Origin: a bacterium
Lineage (GTDB): Bacteria; Patescibacteriota; Minisyncoccia; Phycocordibacterales; JAGLPS01
Direction of reading: 5' to 3'
Assembly: GCA_030690305.1 (NCBI GenBank)
Contig: JAUYHB010000022.1
Coordinates: 1 to 63,326, forward strand
Length of the DNA: 63,326 nucleotides
Below the pieces are notes generated by a model. The model did not search any database. It was not told the origin of the DNA and saw only the letters and a list, made by a program, of their open reading frames with translations. A program made the position numbers and the translations under genes. Positions 1 through 9,673 of the stretch are shown here, piece by piece; the stretch's first letter is position 1; the number at the start of each line of letters is the position of its first letter.

Positions 1-1163
1 TTGACCCAGGAAACCATACTGCTGCGGGTTTTTTTTGCCCATTTGCTGACTCCGATTGACTCGTCGTTTTCCGAGTTAATACCGAGGAAACAGAGTCCGT
101 AGGCAACTGACCACATTGTGTCGAGGTTCTCACCCTCGGCCCCTTTTGACTGGAATACAGCGCGTTTAGAGGGCAATTTGAGGGCAATACGGGCGAAATC
201 CTCAATAGTACCGATGCCTGAGCCTCCTCCCGTAATAATGATGCCTGCCGGCAATAAACCGTTTCTTCCGATTTTTTTAAGGTGCGCCTCCACAAGTTCG
301 AACATGTCCGAAAGGCGGGCGCTGATTATATTTTCGAGTTCTTTCTGCGGGTACGTTGTTTTGGTAAGTGCTCCAAGTTTTATACTCTCTGCTTCTTCAA
401 GCGGGATACGCAAACCGAGGGCGATATCGTTTGTAATATCCGTCGAACCGATAGGAAACACTTCAAGCGAAATGGGAATGTTATTTTCAAAGACGACAAT
501 TGAAAGTGTTTCCGCCCCGATGTTTGCGAGAACGCACCCCGCGATTTTTTGAGTTTTTGAAAGTGTTACAAAACTTGCGGCAATGGGGGAAGCGTACGCG
601 TCAATGACTTCAATTCCCGCTTCCTCGATTCCTTCAATCAAGTCGTCGAGGTGGTGTTTAAGACACGTGACAAACAGAGTTCGCACTTCAAGCTTGCTCC
701 CTTTCATTCCAAACGGCCGTCCCAAGACGGGTTTGCCATCGATTTTGTATTGAAGGGGGATAGTATGAATAATGGTTCTATTTAAAGAAAGCGAGGTGGG
801 AATTTCACTTTCGCATACCTCGAGAGCCTTTGCCATATCAAGTTCGGTAACCGTTGAATCGGCGCGCGTAATAATGGTTCCTCCTTGAGAAATAAAACTT
901 GAAAGTCCTATACCGCCTACGGAAATAAAGGCGCGTTTGATGGGAATACCCGCCGCTTTTGACGCCTGGAGAATCGCTTGTTTGACGCTCCGCACCGTAT
1001 CACCCGTATTGATAATGTAACCGTGCCGAAGCCCTTTTGATTCGGCCATTCCTTTACCGATAATACGCGGAACATAATTTCCGTTTTTTTGAGTACCTTC
1101 GGTGATAATAACTTTCACCTGGTATGTTCCGATATCAATTCCTGTGACGATGTTTCTTGCCAT
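1..1163 (-). CDS. ftsA: Cell division protein FtsA; the C-terminal end runs off the left window edge
   Basis: Absent from the ORF track because it is open at nt 1. My translation from ATG 1163-1161 reads MARNIVTGIDIGTYQVKVII...IIITGGGSGIGTIEDFA...KWAKKTRSSMVSWV with no stop down to nt 2. It carries actin-like ATPase motifs (GIDIGT, ITGGGS). ORF 118..552(+) is its antisense shadow. Confidence 0.85.
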   Translation of the reverse strand, partial: MARNIVTGIDIGTYQVKVIITEGTQKNGNYVPRIIGKGMAESKGLRHGYIINTGDTVRSVKQAILQASKAAGIPIKRAFISVGGIGLSSFISQGGTIITRADSTVTELDMAKALEVCESEIPTSLSLNRTIIHTIPLQYKIDGKPVLGRPFGMKGSKLEVRTLFVTCLKHHLDDLIEGIEEAGIEVIDAYASPIAASFVTLSKTQKIAGCVLANIGAETLSIVVFENNIPISLEVFPIGSTDITNDIALGLRIPLEEAESIKLGALTKTTYPQKELENIISARLSDMFELVEAHLKKIGRNGLLPAGIIITGGGSGIGTIEDFARIALKLPSKRAVFQSKGAEGENLDTMWSVAYGLCFLGINSENDESIGVSKWAKKTRSSMVSWV

Positions 1164-1221
1164 TACTATAAAGAATGTTAAACCCTTTCTGTCGAAATAA
1201 ACAAAAAACGCTCGCAATATC

Positions 1222-1385
1222 TTTTTTCAGAACACGCATATTCGTCTGCTGACGAATTGCTCTGCTCCTTACAGGAGCTGTCCACTCATTGGATCTTTTC
1301 TAAGAAAAGCTCTCAATGAGTCTTGCAAAAGCTCCACGTGTTCGCTTTCTCACGGCCCGTCGACCTGTGCAAGATTCTGAAAAAA
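1222..1385 (-). ncRNA. Structured intergenic element R1 in the ybeY-ftsA spacer, carrying a copy of repeat module M2 (core 1264-1326)
   Basis: An 11-bp closing stem pairs TTTTTTCAGAA (1222-1232) with TTCTGAAAAAA (1375-1385). Inside, on the minus strand, lies gcaagACTCATTGagag-[hairpin]-atcCAATGAGTggacag-[GCTCC tgtaa GGAGC]. The same architecture occurs at 13000-13061 with different but still complementary hairpin stems. Confidence 0.45.
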
Positions 1386-1417
1386 TAATTGCTCGCTTCA
1401 ACTAGGGGAAGGAAAAT

Positions 1418-1813
1418 CTAAATCCGACGAACACCAAACCGCGCGAGTACCTTCCTTTCCTCTCTCTCCATTTTACTACCGTGCGCGTATCCTTTCAAAT
1501 GGAACAACGCGTGGATAAAGAGATATATTAAAAAATCATTCGGTTTCATCTTGTACGCGGCCGCTTCCGAAACGGCTTTCGACAGAACGATAAATATTTC
1601 TCCCGAAGAAGGTGACAGAGGAAACGAGAGTACGTTGGGGACATAATTCTTGCCGCGATACGTCCGATTGAGAGTCGCGCCTTTTTTTGGTCCCACAAAT
1701 ACGAGGCCCACGGAAAAATTTTTCCCCGCGACTGCATCTTTTATGCGAGAAAAAGGCAAGCGGGGAAGCTTGCTCTTAAGTGTGGTATGAAGGCTGAAGG
1801 AAGGCGTACGCAC
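1418..1813 (-). CDS. ybeY: rRNA maturation endoribonuclease YbeY
   Basis: 131 aa with the metal-binding motif HALFHLKGYAHG (H-x3-H-x5-H type). GTG start lies 4 nt after the rpsU stop. Confidence 0.85.
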   Translation of the reverse strand: MRTPSFSLHTTLKSKLPRLPFSRIKDAVAGKNFSVGLVFVGPKKGATLNRTYRGKNYVPNVLSFPLSPSSGEIFIVLSKAVSEAAAYKMKPNDFLIYLFIHALFHLKGYAHGSKMEREERKVLARFGVRRI

Positions 1814-1817
1814 GGGC

Positions 1818-2057
1818 TTATCTCCTTGTTTTGAGGACGATTTTTCCGAGTTTTACGAGTTCATCGATTTTTACCTTTTTGACGAGGCGCTTGAGAGTTT
1901 TTTTCTTGCGTACCATCGGGGACGCGGAACGGCTGTAATAGCGCTCTCCTCTCACTTTTCTTAGAACTCCGGAACCTTGAACACGCTTGGTAAAACGGCG
2001 GAGCAAGCTCAAGCCGTTCTCATTGCTGTTCTTTTCAACTTTTACGTTCATTGCCAT
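1818..2057 (-). CDS. rpsU: 30S ribosomal protein S21
   Basis: 79 aa and very basic: LLRRFTKRVQGSGVLRKVRGERYYSRSASPMVRKKK, typical of bS21. Confidence 0.9.
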   Translation of the reverse strand: MAMNVKVEKNSNENGLSLLRRFTKRVQGSGVLRKVRGERYYSRSASPMVRKKKTLKRLVKKVKIDELVKLGKIVLKTRR

Positions 2058-2093
2058 ATTGGTTCTCTATGCTAACACAAGGCCAACTTTGCT

Positions 2094-3308
2094 TCAAGCC
2101 TTTGAAATCGACTTAAGATGGGTAGGTAAAGAAGCAAATGCCACGGTGTCTTGAAAACGGGTTTTCGAATCTCTTACCAGCACGGTATTTTCAATGGCTT
2201 CTTTCTGGCCGAAGATAAGCAAATAGGGTGTTTTGGTATTCTCGGCGGTTGATGCCTGTCCGCTGAATTTGTCTTTTGTGAGCCCGTGCGAAACAAGAAT
2301 CTTCGAACGGCGGAGGGTTTCGATAACGGGTAAGCTTTTGAGTTTTGCATTATACCCGAGGTGGATGAAATAGAATTTCGGTTTCGGTAGTTTTTTTACT
2401 ACTGTCGCTCTCTGGTGTTTCCCTGCGCGTTTCCAAGAGAGGGTAATTCCCACAGCCGGTATTTCTTTCTTCAGACCGATTTTTCTTGACAAATGATTAT
2501 AACGATACCCGTGTCCCAAAACGAGGCGTTTTCCTTCTCTTTCCCCGCTTATGGAAAACGTCGTTTGCGACGCGTACTGCTTGCTTCCGACAAGGTGGTT
2601 GTCGATGGTATAGGGGATGCCGGAGCTTTCTATGAACTCAAGCACTTCTTTAAAATGCGCACGGCTCATGTCCGAAAGCGTTGAGAGGGGTTGGGGGGCG
2701 CCGACGACAAAACTTTCGAGTTTGGTATCCGTTGTCCGCAGAATTTCAAATATGTCCTTCTTGAATGCCTGACGGTACGGAGCGGGAAGTTCTTCGATAT
2801 GACGTCTGTAATAAGCGACGAGCTCTCGTTCCAGGCGGGAAAGGGATTCCCTGTCCCCGACGCTATTGATTGCAATTTCTATATTTTCAAAACCTTCCTC
2901 CGAAAGTATCGCGGTAGCAGTCTGAATAAGAAGCGCTTCGGCGACGCTTTTTGACGAGCCAATGACATCAAGTCCGCATTCGAAATTACTTCCTCGTCTG
3001 CGCCCGCTTCCGCGCATTGGTTTTTCATAATAAAAAAATACGTGTTGGGGAAAAGCGTCCATCTCTTCCATATACAAACGGAGCAAACGGGCTTTCTCTT
3101 GAAGTTCATACGCTTCCTCCTTGTCATCCTGTATTCCCGCGCTTTTTGCGACACCCCGTGCCCGTTTTCCATCTTCCGCGTTAATCGAGGGAGTTTCAAT
3201 GGGGCTGAATCCGTAATAAAAAGCAACCTCGCCCGGTTTTTCCACGGATGAAGCCAAGGCAATTTTCTTCAGCTCTTTTTCTTGCGGAGGTGGTACGTTT
3301 TTTTTCAT
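2094..3308 (-). CDS. hisS: Histidyl-tRNA synthetase-like class II aaRS with divergent catalytic motifs
   Basis: 404 aa. It has a class II core (GFSPIETPS, ...YYEKPMRGSGRRRGSNFECGLDVIG, ...GHGYRYNHL...IPAVGITLS) and a C-terminal anticodon-binding-like alpha/beta domain (KFYFIHLG...LLIFGQKEAIENTVLVRD). The motif 2 and motif 3 arginines appear substituted. Confidence 0.55.
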   Translation of the reverse strand: MKKNVPPPQEKELKKIALASSVEKPGEVAFYYGFSPIETPSINAEDGKRARGVAKSAGIQDDKEEAYELQEKARLLRLYMEEMDAFPQHVFFYYEKPMRGSGRRRGSNFECGLDVIGSSKSVAEALLIQTATAILSEEGFENIEIAINSVGDRESLSRLERELVAYYRRHIEELPAPYRQAFKKDIFEILRTTDTKLESFVVGAPQPLSTLSDMSRAHFKEVLEFIESSGIPYTIDNHLVGSKQYASQTTFSISGEREGKRLVLGHGYRYNHLSRKIGLKKEIPAVGITLSWKRAGKHQRATVVKKLPKPKFYFIHLGYNAKLKSLPVIETLRRSKILVSHGLTKDKFSGQASTAENTKTPYLLIFGQKEAIENTVLVRDSKTRFQDTVAFASLPTHLKSISKA

Positions 3309-3310
3309 GA

Positions 3311-3943
3311 CTAATAGGAATCGCTTGCGTCACCGGGTAAAAGGGAAACTTCTCCTACCGGGAGAAGGCGCACAAACGGCTTCCCGATGAAAAAGCTTCG
3401 TTTCAAAGGTCCCCATGTCCGCGAATCAAGACTTCCGGCCCGGTTGTCTCCCATTACAAAATATTCATCATCCGCCAAAGTAACAGTCATATAAGAAGAC
3501 TGGACATACTTAACGTACTCTTCGGAAAGTTCCAAACCTTCCGGATACGCGTCATTTTTTACCGTAACGTGTCCGTTCTGTATTTCTAGCGTTTCGCCGG
3601 GAAGTCCGATAATTCTTTTTATAAAGGCTTGGGAAGGGTTTTTAGGGTACTTGAAAATAAGAACCTCTCCGCGTTGCGGTTCCCCGAAGCGGTAACTGAT
3701 TTCATCGACAATAAGATAATCCCCGTTTTTAAATGTCGGGTCCATGGAGGCACCGCTTACCACGAATGGCTGAGCGATGAACATCCTGAAAGGAATAATG
3801 ATAAGAAGGGATAGGACCACAAAACTCACCAATTCCTTGATGGATTCTCCGATGCCGGACGGACGCTTTCCGTCCGTTTTTGCAGGCTCCGTATCGTTTG
3901 GGATGGAAGGTTCCATAAGAAGTTTTTCAATTGTAATACGCAT
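3311..3943 (-). CDS. lepB: Signal peptidase I
   Basis: N-terminal TM segment, catalytic boxes SGASMDPTF and GDYLIVDE, and GDNRAGSLDSR. Confidence 0.9.
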   Translation of the reverse strand: MRITIEKLLMEPSIPNDTEPAKTDGKRPSGIGESIKELVSFVVLSLLIIIPFRMFIAQPFVVSGASMDPTFKNGDYLIVDEISYRFGEPQRGEVLIFKYPKNPSQAFIKRIIGLPGETLEIQNGHVTVKNDAYPEGLELSEEYVKYVQSSYMTVTLADDEYFVMGDNRAGSLDSRTWGPLKRSFFIGKPFVRLLPVGEVSLLPGDASDSY

Positions 3944-3996
3944 TCCTTACTTGACGCAAGCAGATATGGTCATTACAATGACCGTATCTTTTTAGT

Positions 3997-4590
3997 ATGT
4001 ATATAATCGTTGGACTCGGAAATCCAGGCAGTGAATACGAAATGACCCGCCACAATACGGGCCGCATTGTCGTTGACGCTATTCGCAAGAAGGGTGATTT
4101 CTCCGAATGGAAGGAAGATAAGAAAAAAAAGGCGATGGTATCGGCAGGAAGTTTGTCCGGGGGGAAAGCAACACTTATTTTGCCGCAAACATTTATGAAC
4201 AAATCGGGAGAAAGTCTTAAAGGGCTTATTACAAGTAAGAAAAAAGCGGAAACGCTTGTTGTTGTGCACGATGACCTTGACCTTCCGCTTGGGACCTTGA
4301 AGATGTCTTTCAATCGCGGTTCTGGGGGACACAGGGGAGTGGAATCGATTATTCGCGCCATAAAAACGGAAACATTCATACGATTGCGTGTCGGCATTTC
4401 TCTTTCCGATTCAAAAGGACGCGCAAAAAAGCCCAATGGCGAAAAAGCGGTCAGTGATTTTATTCTTCACAAATTCAAAGACAGCGAACAAAAAATCCTC
4501 TCCAAAGTTTCCCGCAAAGCGGTGACCGTCGCCGAAACGTTACTTGCGGACGGCAGGGAAAGAGCAACCGAAATCTGCAATCAAAACTAA
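3997..4590 (+). CDS. pth: Peptidyl-tRNA hydrolase
   Basis: MYIIVGLGNPGSEYEMTRHNTG and VVVHDDLDLPLG, the canonical Pth motifs. Confidence 0.9.
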   Translation: MYIIVGLGNPGSEYEMTRHNTGRIVVDAIRKKGDFSEWKEDKKKKAMVSAGSLSGGKATLILPQTFMNKSGESLKGLITSKKKAETLVVVHDDLDLPLGTLKMSFNRGSGGHRGVESIIRAIKTETFIRLRVGISLSDSKGRAKKPNGEKAVSDFILHKFKDSEQKILSKVSRKAVTVAETLLADGRERATEICNQN

Positions 4591-4612
4591 AAACCGCCTT
4601 TCGGCGGTTTTT
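4589..4612. terminator. Bidirectional intrinsic terminator between convergent pth and rpsA
   Basis: AAAACCGCC-tttc-GGCGGTTTT, with A and T runs on both sides. Confidence 0.7.
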
Positions 4613-4640
4613 AGTTTTCTTAAGATATTTCCTATTCAGA

Positions 4641-5819
4641 TTATTCCGCGATATAGGAAAGCGCCATTTTTCTTTCTTTCGGGTCAAAGAGAGTAATCTT
4701 AAACGTGTATGACTTTCCAAGTTCAAGTTTTTCGCGCAATGTCGCTTCGTTTCCGAACTCCGAAATATGCACAAGACCGGCAATGCCTTCCTCGATTGAG
4801 GCAAGCGCCCCGTGCTTGTTGTATTTGATGATGACCCCTTTGACAACATCATCTTTTTTGTATTTCTTTTCTCCGGCTACCCAGGGGTTTTCCTTCAACG
4901 CTTTGATTGAAAGGGAAATTTTTCCGTCTTTGATTTCGATGATTTTTGCTTTTACTTTTTCACCGGGACGGTACAAGGCTTTGGGGTCTTCAACCAAAGA
5001 CCAGTCGATTTCCGAAATGTGTACGAGCCCTTCAAGTCCTTCCTGAATTTTGACGAATACACCAAAGTCAACGACACCGGTGATTTCTCCTTCGATTTCG
5101 TCACCGAGCGTGTATTTATCGATAATTTTCTCCTTGTTTTTCTGTTCGGGGTCTTTTTCCGAGAAGATAAGCTTACCTTCTTTCGGTGCCGCCGAAATGA
5201 TTGATACGGATAATTTTCCCCCGACAAATTTCTTCAGTTCCTCAAGAATTTTATCTTTATCTCCGTCGCTTACCCGCGGATAGTGTTCCGTTTTAAGCTG
5301 GGAAGCGGGCAGAAAACCCTGAATCCCTTGCCATTCAAGAATAAGACCTCCTTTGTTGGCATCCATTACCGAAAGCTCAAGCACGCTTTTGTTTTTGATA
5401 TGCGTTTCCGCCTCTCCCCAAATGAGCGCCTGTCTCGCTTCCTTGAGCGAGATTTCAATATAGCCGTCTTTGTTTGCAACCTCGACAACTTTTCCGGCGA
5501 CACGATCTCCGACATTTACTTTTTTGATAATGTCGCGCGCGCTGATGTATTCACGTCCGAATATAATTCCGGTACCGAATGGCACAAGATCAACGTACAC
5601 CGCGTCTTTGGTAATAGCGATTACCGGACCCTCAATCAGGTCACCTTCAAGCGGAGGGTTTTGGGTCGCGTTGAAAAAGCCCACCATAGGGGAATCTTTT
5701 TTCTTTTTTGATTCCTTTTCTTCTTTCTCGTCTCTTTCTTCTTTTACTTCTTCCGTTACTTCTAACTTCTCTTCCTGTTCTTTAATAGTCATTGTAATTG
5801 CACAAAGAAGGTTCGTCAT
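4641..5819 (-). CDS. rpsA: 30S ribosomal protein S1 (four S1 domains)
   Basis: Repeated S1/OB motifs (G.V..V....V.VDL....GI, HISE...). An acidic N-terminal extension is present. An alternative ATG at 5792 is possible. Confidence 0.85.
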   Translation of the reverse strand: MTNLLCAITMTIKEQEEKLEVTEEVKEERDEKEEKESKKKKDSPMVGFFNATQNPPLEGDLIEGPVIAITKDAVYVDLVPFGTGIIFGREYISARDIIKKVNVGDRVAGKVVEVANKDGYIEISLKEARQALIWGEAETHIKNKSVLELSVMDANKGGLILEWQGIQGFLPASQLKTEHYPRVSDGDKDKILEELKKFVGGKLSVSIISAAPKEGKLIFSEKDPEQKNKEKIIDKYTLGDEIEGEITGVVDFGVFVKIQEGLEGLVHISEIDWSLVEDPKALYRPGEKVKAKIIEIKDGKISLSIKALKENPWVAGEKKYKKDDVVKGVIIKYNKHGALASIEEGIAGLVHISEFGNEATLREKLELGKSYTFKITLFDPKERKMALSYIAE

Positions 5820-6050
5820 GTCAGAACATATCCATTATCCTGACGAGGTTATCTTCTCTGTTTTTAATAAAAGATGTACCATCTTTTGTTGCCGTCGCTA
5901 ACTCGGAAGTGCAAATATCAAAACATTTCCACTTCTCTCGTTGCGCTAGGCAATAAAAAGTCCTCCAAGAGGATTCCACGTATTATATAGCAAAAAATGG
6001 CCCTGTCCAGCCGTTCCGTTTTCCTGAAAGGTAGGTTATACTGAAGCGGC

Positions 6051-6680
6051 ATGATTATCACATATCACGGTTTGGAGGCTTTTAAGGCTCAATTTGGCGA
6101 TACTGTTCTCGCCTTTAATCCCGTTTCCAAGGATTCATCGGGCAAAGTCACCCGTTTTGGGGCGGATGTGGCTTTGGTAAGTCTTTGGGACAAAGACTTT
6201 AACGGGGTGGAAAATGTCACTTTCGGAGAAAAAATTCCTTTCGTTATTTCACAGCCCGGTGAGTATGATGTTAAGGGAGTTTTCATTCAGGGATTTCCGT
6301 CAAAATCTTCTTACGGGGGCAAAGAAAGAATCAACACGATATATTCCGTAATGTTTGAAGATATGCACCTGTGTTTTCTCGGAGCCATCAAAGACGCGCA
6401 AATAGCAAACGAAACTCTCGAAGCGCTTGAGGCCGTCGATATACTTTTTGTGCCTATCGGAGGAAACGGAACATTGGATGCGGCGCAAGCGTACCGACTC
6501 GCTGTTTCTCTCGAGCCAAAAATTATCATCCCGATGCACGACACTTCCGACGGTAAGGCGCTCAAGACTTTTCTTAAAGAAGGAGGGGAGGAATCACAAT
6601 CTCCCATTGATAAACTGACCATCAAGCGCAAAGACATTGAAGGGAAAAAAGGAGAGGTGTTTATCCTTTCCCCCCAATAA
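6051..6680 (+). CDS. Putative MBL-fold metal-dependent hydrolase
   Basis: 209 aa: MIITYHGLEAF...VLAFNP...DILFVPIGG...IIPMHD, resembling UPF0173/MBL-fold proteins. Confidence 0.5.
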   Translation: MIITYHGLEAFKAQFGDTVLAFNPVSKDSSGKVTRFGADVALVSLWDKDFNGVENVTFGEKIPFVISQPGEYDVKGVFIQGFPSKSSYGGKERINTIYSVMFEDMHLCFLGAIKDAQIANETLEALEAVDILFVPIGGNGTLDAAQAYRLAVSLEPKIIIPMHDTSDGKALKTFLKEGGEESQSPIDKLTIKRKDIEGKKGEVFILSPQ

Positions 6681-6732
6681 CTTTTTTCTCTGCCCGTCTA
6701 TCCGAGAACAGACGACCGGTAAAATTTCACCC

Positions 6733-7107
6733 ATGTTTAATTTTTTGGAAAAAATTCGACAGAAACCCGAACACGAAAGACATCACATTCTTATCGCAAG
6801 TTCCGTTATCATTACACTTCTTATTGTGTTTATCTGGGGTTCTCTGTTGTATGCGCGGTATCTCGGAACCTCACAGCAGAAAAAAACATTGCAGCACACC
6901 GCCTCCCCGTTTGAGGTTTTTTTCAAAGATCTCGGTGGACATTTTGAATCGTTTAAAAGCGGGTATAAAAGTGTGGAAGATATTATCTCCGATGTCTCTT
7001 TGGAGATAAACACGGAAAACTTTGCCGTCTCTTCTTCAACCGAAACTGCGGGGACGACAACACAATCGGAGAATTTACCCTTATCAAAAGAGGAACAAAA
7101 CCCTTAA
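6733..7107 (+). CDS. Small membrane-anchored hypothetical protein
   Basis: Internal ATG at 6733 of track ORF 6637..7107. One TM segment (ILIASSVIITLLIVFIWGSLLY). Confidence 0.4.
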   Translation: MFNFLEKIRQKPEHERHHILIASSVIITLLIVFIWGSLLYARYLGTSQQKKTLQHTASPFEVFFKDLGGHFESFKSGYKSVEDIISDVSLEINTENFAVSSSTETAGTTTQSENLPLSKEEQNP

Positions 7108-7123
7108 AAAATAGCCTAGAATA

Positions 7124-7132
7124 TGCTATAAT
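7124..7132 (+). promoter_or_regulatory. Extended -10 box TGCTATAAT upstream of gyrA
   Basis: TGCTATAAT lies 11 nt before ATG 7144 with no Shine-Dalgarno sequence between. Confidence 0.5.
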
Positions 7133-7143
7133 TAAAGATTAGT

Positions 7144-9612
7144 ATGGCTTCCGCGCAAGACAAAAACAAAGAGGAAAAGAGGCCCGAACAGGCCCTTGGT
7201 ATCGTCCCCAGAAACATAACGACTGAAATGAAAGAGTCGTATCTTGACTATGCGATGTCGGTTATTACCGCGCGCGCCCTTCCCGATGTCCGTGACGGGT
7301 TAAAGCCTGTTCAAAGACGCATTCTCTACTCGATGCACCACATGGGTCTTACCTCATCGGCCAAATTCAGAAAATCCGCTGTTGTTGTCGGAGACGTGTT
7401 GGGAAGTTACCACCCGCACGGAGATGCTTCGGTTTATGATGCCATGGTCAAAATGGCCCAAGATTTCGTCATGCGGTATCCGTTGGTTGCCGGACAGGGA
7501 AACTTTGGAAATATAGACGGTGATTCTGCCGCCGCCATGCGATATACCGAGGCAAAGATGTCCCGTCTTTCTATGGAGACGCTTCGGGACATTGAAAAAG
7601 AAACCGTCAATTTTCGTCCGAATTATGACGGTACGAAAAAAGAGCCGGAGGTGCTTCCGGCGGGAGTGCCCAATCTTTTGTTAAACGGAACGCTCGGTAT
7701 TGCCGTCGGTATGGCGACGAACATTCCGCCGCATAACCTCCGCGAAGTTATCGATGCCACCGCGTATCTTGTCGATAACACAGAAGCGACAACCGAGGAT
7801 TTGCTGCAATTCGTCAAAGGGCCCGACTTTCCGACGGGGGGAATTATTTTTAATGAAAAAGACATCCATCATGCCTACGCGACCGGCCGGGGCGGAGTTG
7901 TCACGAGAGGCGTTGCCGAAATAACGGAGTCTAAAGCGGATACATATCAGATAGTTATCAGTTCCATTCCGTATCGCGTCAACAAAGCCGACCTCATTAT
8001 GCGTATCGCAGACCTTGTACGGGAGAAAAAAATCGAGGGTATCAAAGCACTCCGCGACGAATCGGCCAAAGATATCCGTATCGTTATTGAACTCAAAAGC
8101 GGAAGCCAGCCGCAAAAGATTCTCAATTTTCTTTATAAACACACGCCGCTTGAGGACACATTCCACTTCAACCTCGTTGCGCTTGTTAACGGTGCGCCGC
8201 TCACGCTTTCTCTGAAGGCAATTCTCCAGGAATTTGTTTCCCATCGAATTAACGTTATTCGCCGAAGAACCGAGTACGACCTGAAGAAAGCCGAAGAGAA
8301 AGAGCATATTCTTCTCGGTCTCAAGAAAGCGCTTGACCATATTGACCAAATCATAAAACTCATCAAGGCCGCCAAGGATGTGGTTACCGCCCACGCGAAC
8401 TTGATGAAGGAATTCAAGTTCTCTGACAGGCAGGCGACCGCCATTCTTGAAATGAAGCTTCAGAAGCTCGCCGGCCTCGAACGAAAGAAGATTGAAGACG
8501 AACTGAAGGCGACACAAGATTTGATTGCCGAACTCAAGAGTATTTTGGGAAGCCCGAAAAGAATTCTTACCATCATTAAAAAAGAATTGTCCGATATTTC
8601 TGAAAGGTATGGCGATGAAAGAAAAACGCGGGTAATAAAATCCGGCGCGCGCATTATGGCGCCCGAGGACCTTATTCCCGATGAAGAAAATGCCCTTGTT
8701 TTGACCGCGGGCGGGTATATCAAACGGACCAATCCGGACGAATTTCGCCGCCAGAAAAGGGGAGGAGTCGGGGTTGTTGATCTTGATACCAAGGAAGAAG
8801 ATTTTGTTACGACATTTCTAAACGCATCAACGCACAGCGACCTTCTTTTCTTTACGGACCGGGGCAAAGCATACCAAATAAAGATGTACGATATTCCCGA
8901 AGGAAAACGCGCCACCAAAGGCAAATCAATTATGAATTTTCTGTCACTTGAAGCGGAAGAGCATGTTACCGCGGTGCTTCCGATGCCGAAATCCACAAAA
9001 GAAAGCGATGTGTCAATCCTCATGGTGACACAGAACGGAGAATCAAAACGCGTTGCGGCGAAAAGTTTTCATGATGTAAGGAGAAGTGGAATTATTGCCA
9101 TAAAACTCGCCCCAGGTGACCAGTTGATTTCAAGTTCGTTTGCGGCAAAAGGGGACACGGTCATTGTTGTAACCGCGCACGGACAGTCAATTCACTTCAA
9201 AGAGTCCGATATTCGGGAAATGGGAAGAAATGCCGGGGGGGTCCGATGTATCCGTCTGTCTAAGTCAGACAAAGTCATCGGCGCCCGGGTGGTCAAAAAA
9301 GAGGCTCAAACCCCGTCGCTTTTGGTACTGTCCGCAAACGGTTTTGGTAAGAAAACGTCTCTTAAAGAATATAAAATTCAAAAACGGGGTGGCTCGGGAA
9401 TTCGCACCGCAAAAGTGACGGCAAAAACAGGACCGATTATATCCGCCCGCATTGTCACCCCGGAAGAAGAAGAAATCGTCGCTATTTCCAAAAAAAGCCA
9501 GGTAATACGCGTTTCACTCAATGAAATTTCCACTCTCTCGCGCGGTACCCAAGGCGTACGCATTATGAAATTGCGTGAAGGGGACGCCATCGCTTCTTTG
9601 ATTTGTTTGTAA
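7144..9612 (+). CDS. gyrA: DNA gyrase subunit A
   Basis: 822 aa: [12 protein letters not shown], the active-site region AAMRYTE, and C-terminal beta-pinwheel repeats. Confidence 0.97.
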   Translation: MASAQDKNKEEKRPEQALGIVPRNITTEMKESYLDYAMSVITARALPDVRDGLKPVQRRILYSMHHMGLTSSAKFRKSAVVVGDVLGSYHPHGDASVYDAMVKMAQDFVMRYPLVAGQGNFGNIDGDSAAAMRYTEAKMSRLSMETLRDIEKETVNFRPNYDGTKKEPEVLPAGVPNLLLNGTLGIAVGMATNIPPHNLREVIDATAYLVDNTEATTEDLLQFVKGPDFPTGGIIFNEKDIHHAYATGRGGVVTRGVAEITESKADTYQIVISSIPYRVNKADLIMRIADLVREKKIEGIKALRDESAKDIRIVIELKSGSQPQKILNFLYKHTPLEDTFHFNLVALVNGAPLTLSLKAILQEFVSHRINVIRRRTEYDLKKAEEKEHILLGLKKALDHIDQIIKLIKAAKDVVTAHANLMKEFKFSDRQATAILEMKLQKLAGLERKKIEDELKATQDLIAELKSILGSPKRILTIIKKELSDISERYGDERKTRVIKSGARIMAPEDLIPDEENALVLTAGGYIKRTNPDEFRRQKRGGVGVVDLDTKEEDFVTTFLNASTHSDLLFFTDRGKAYQIKMYDIPEGKRATKGKSIMNFLSLEAEEHVTAVLPMPKSTKESDVSILMVTQNGESKRVAAKSFHDVRRSGIIAIKLAPGDQLISSSFAAKGDTVIVVTAHGQSIHFKESDIREMGRNAGGVRCIRLSKSDKVIGARVVKKEAQTPSLLVLSANGFGKKTSLKEYKIQKRGGSGIRTAKVTAKTGPIISARIVTPEEEEIVAISKKSQVIRVSLNEISTLSRGTQGVRIMKLREGDAIASLICL

Positions 9613-9673
9613 GCCCGTTCCCGCTTCTTTACTCCTCTGTTATAATTGAATGTGAGATAGTCTCACACTTTTT

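Noticed and set aside
7681-8517. Long antisense ORFs lie inside well-supported genes. Examples are 7681..8517 in gyrA, 23059..23721 in clpB, 30679..31473 in parB, 39589..40443 in the Clp-like gene, 52655..53371 in typA, 18870..19628 in infB, 20567..21238 in the desulfurase gene, and 118..552 in ftsA.
   Set aside because: They are shadow frames opposite genes with clear family motifs. Their translations are low-complexity or Arg/Ser/Phe-rich with no motifs, and they lack RBS or promoter signals.
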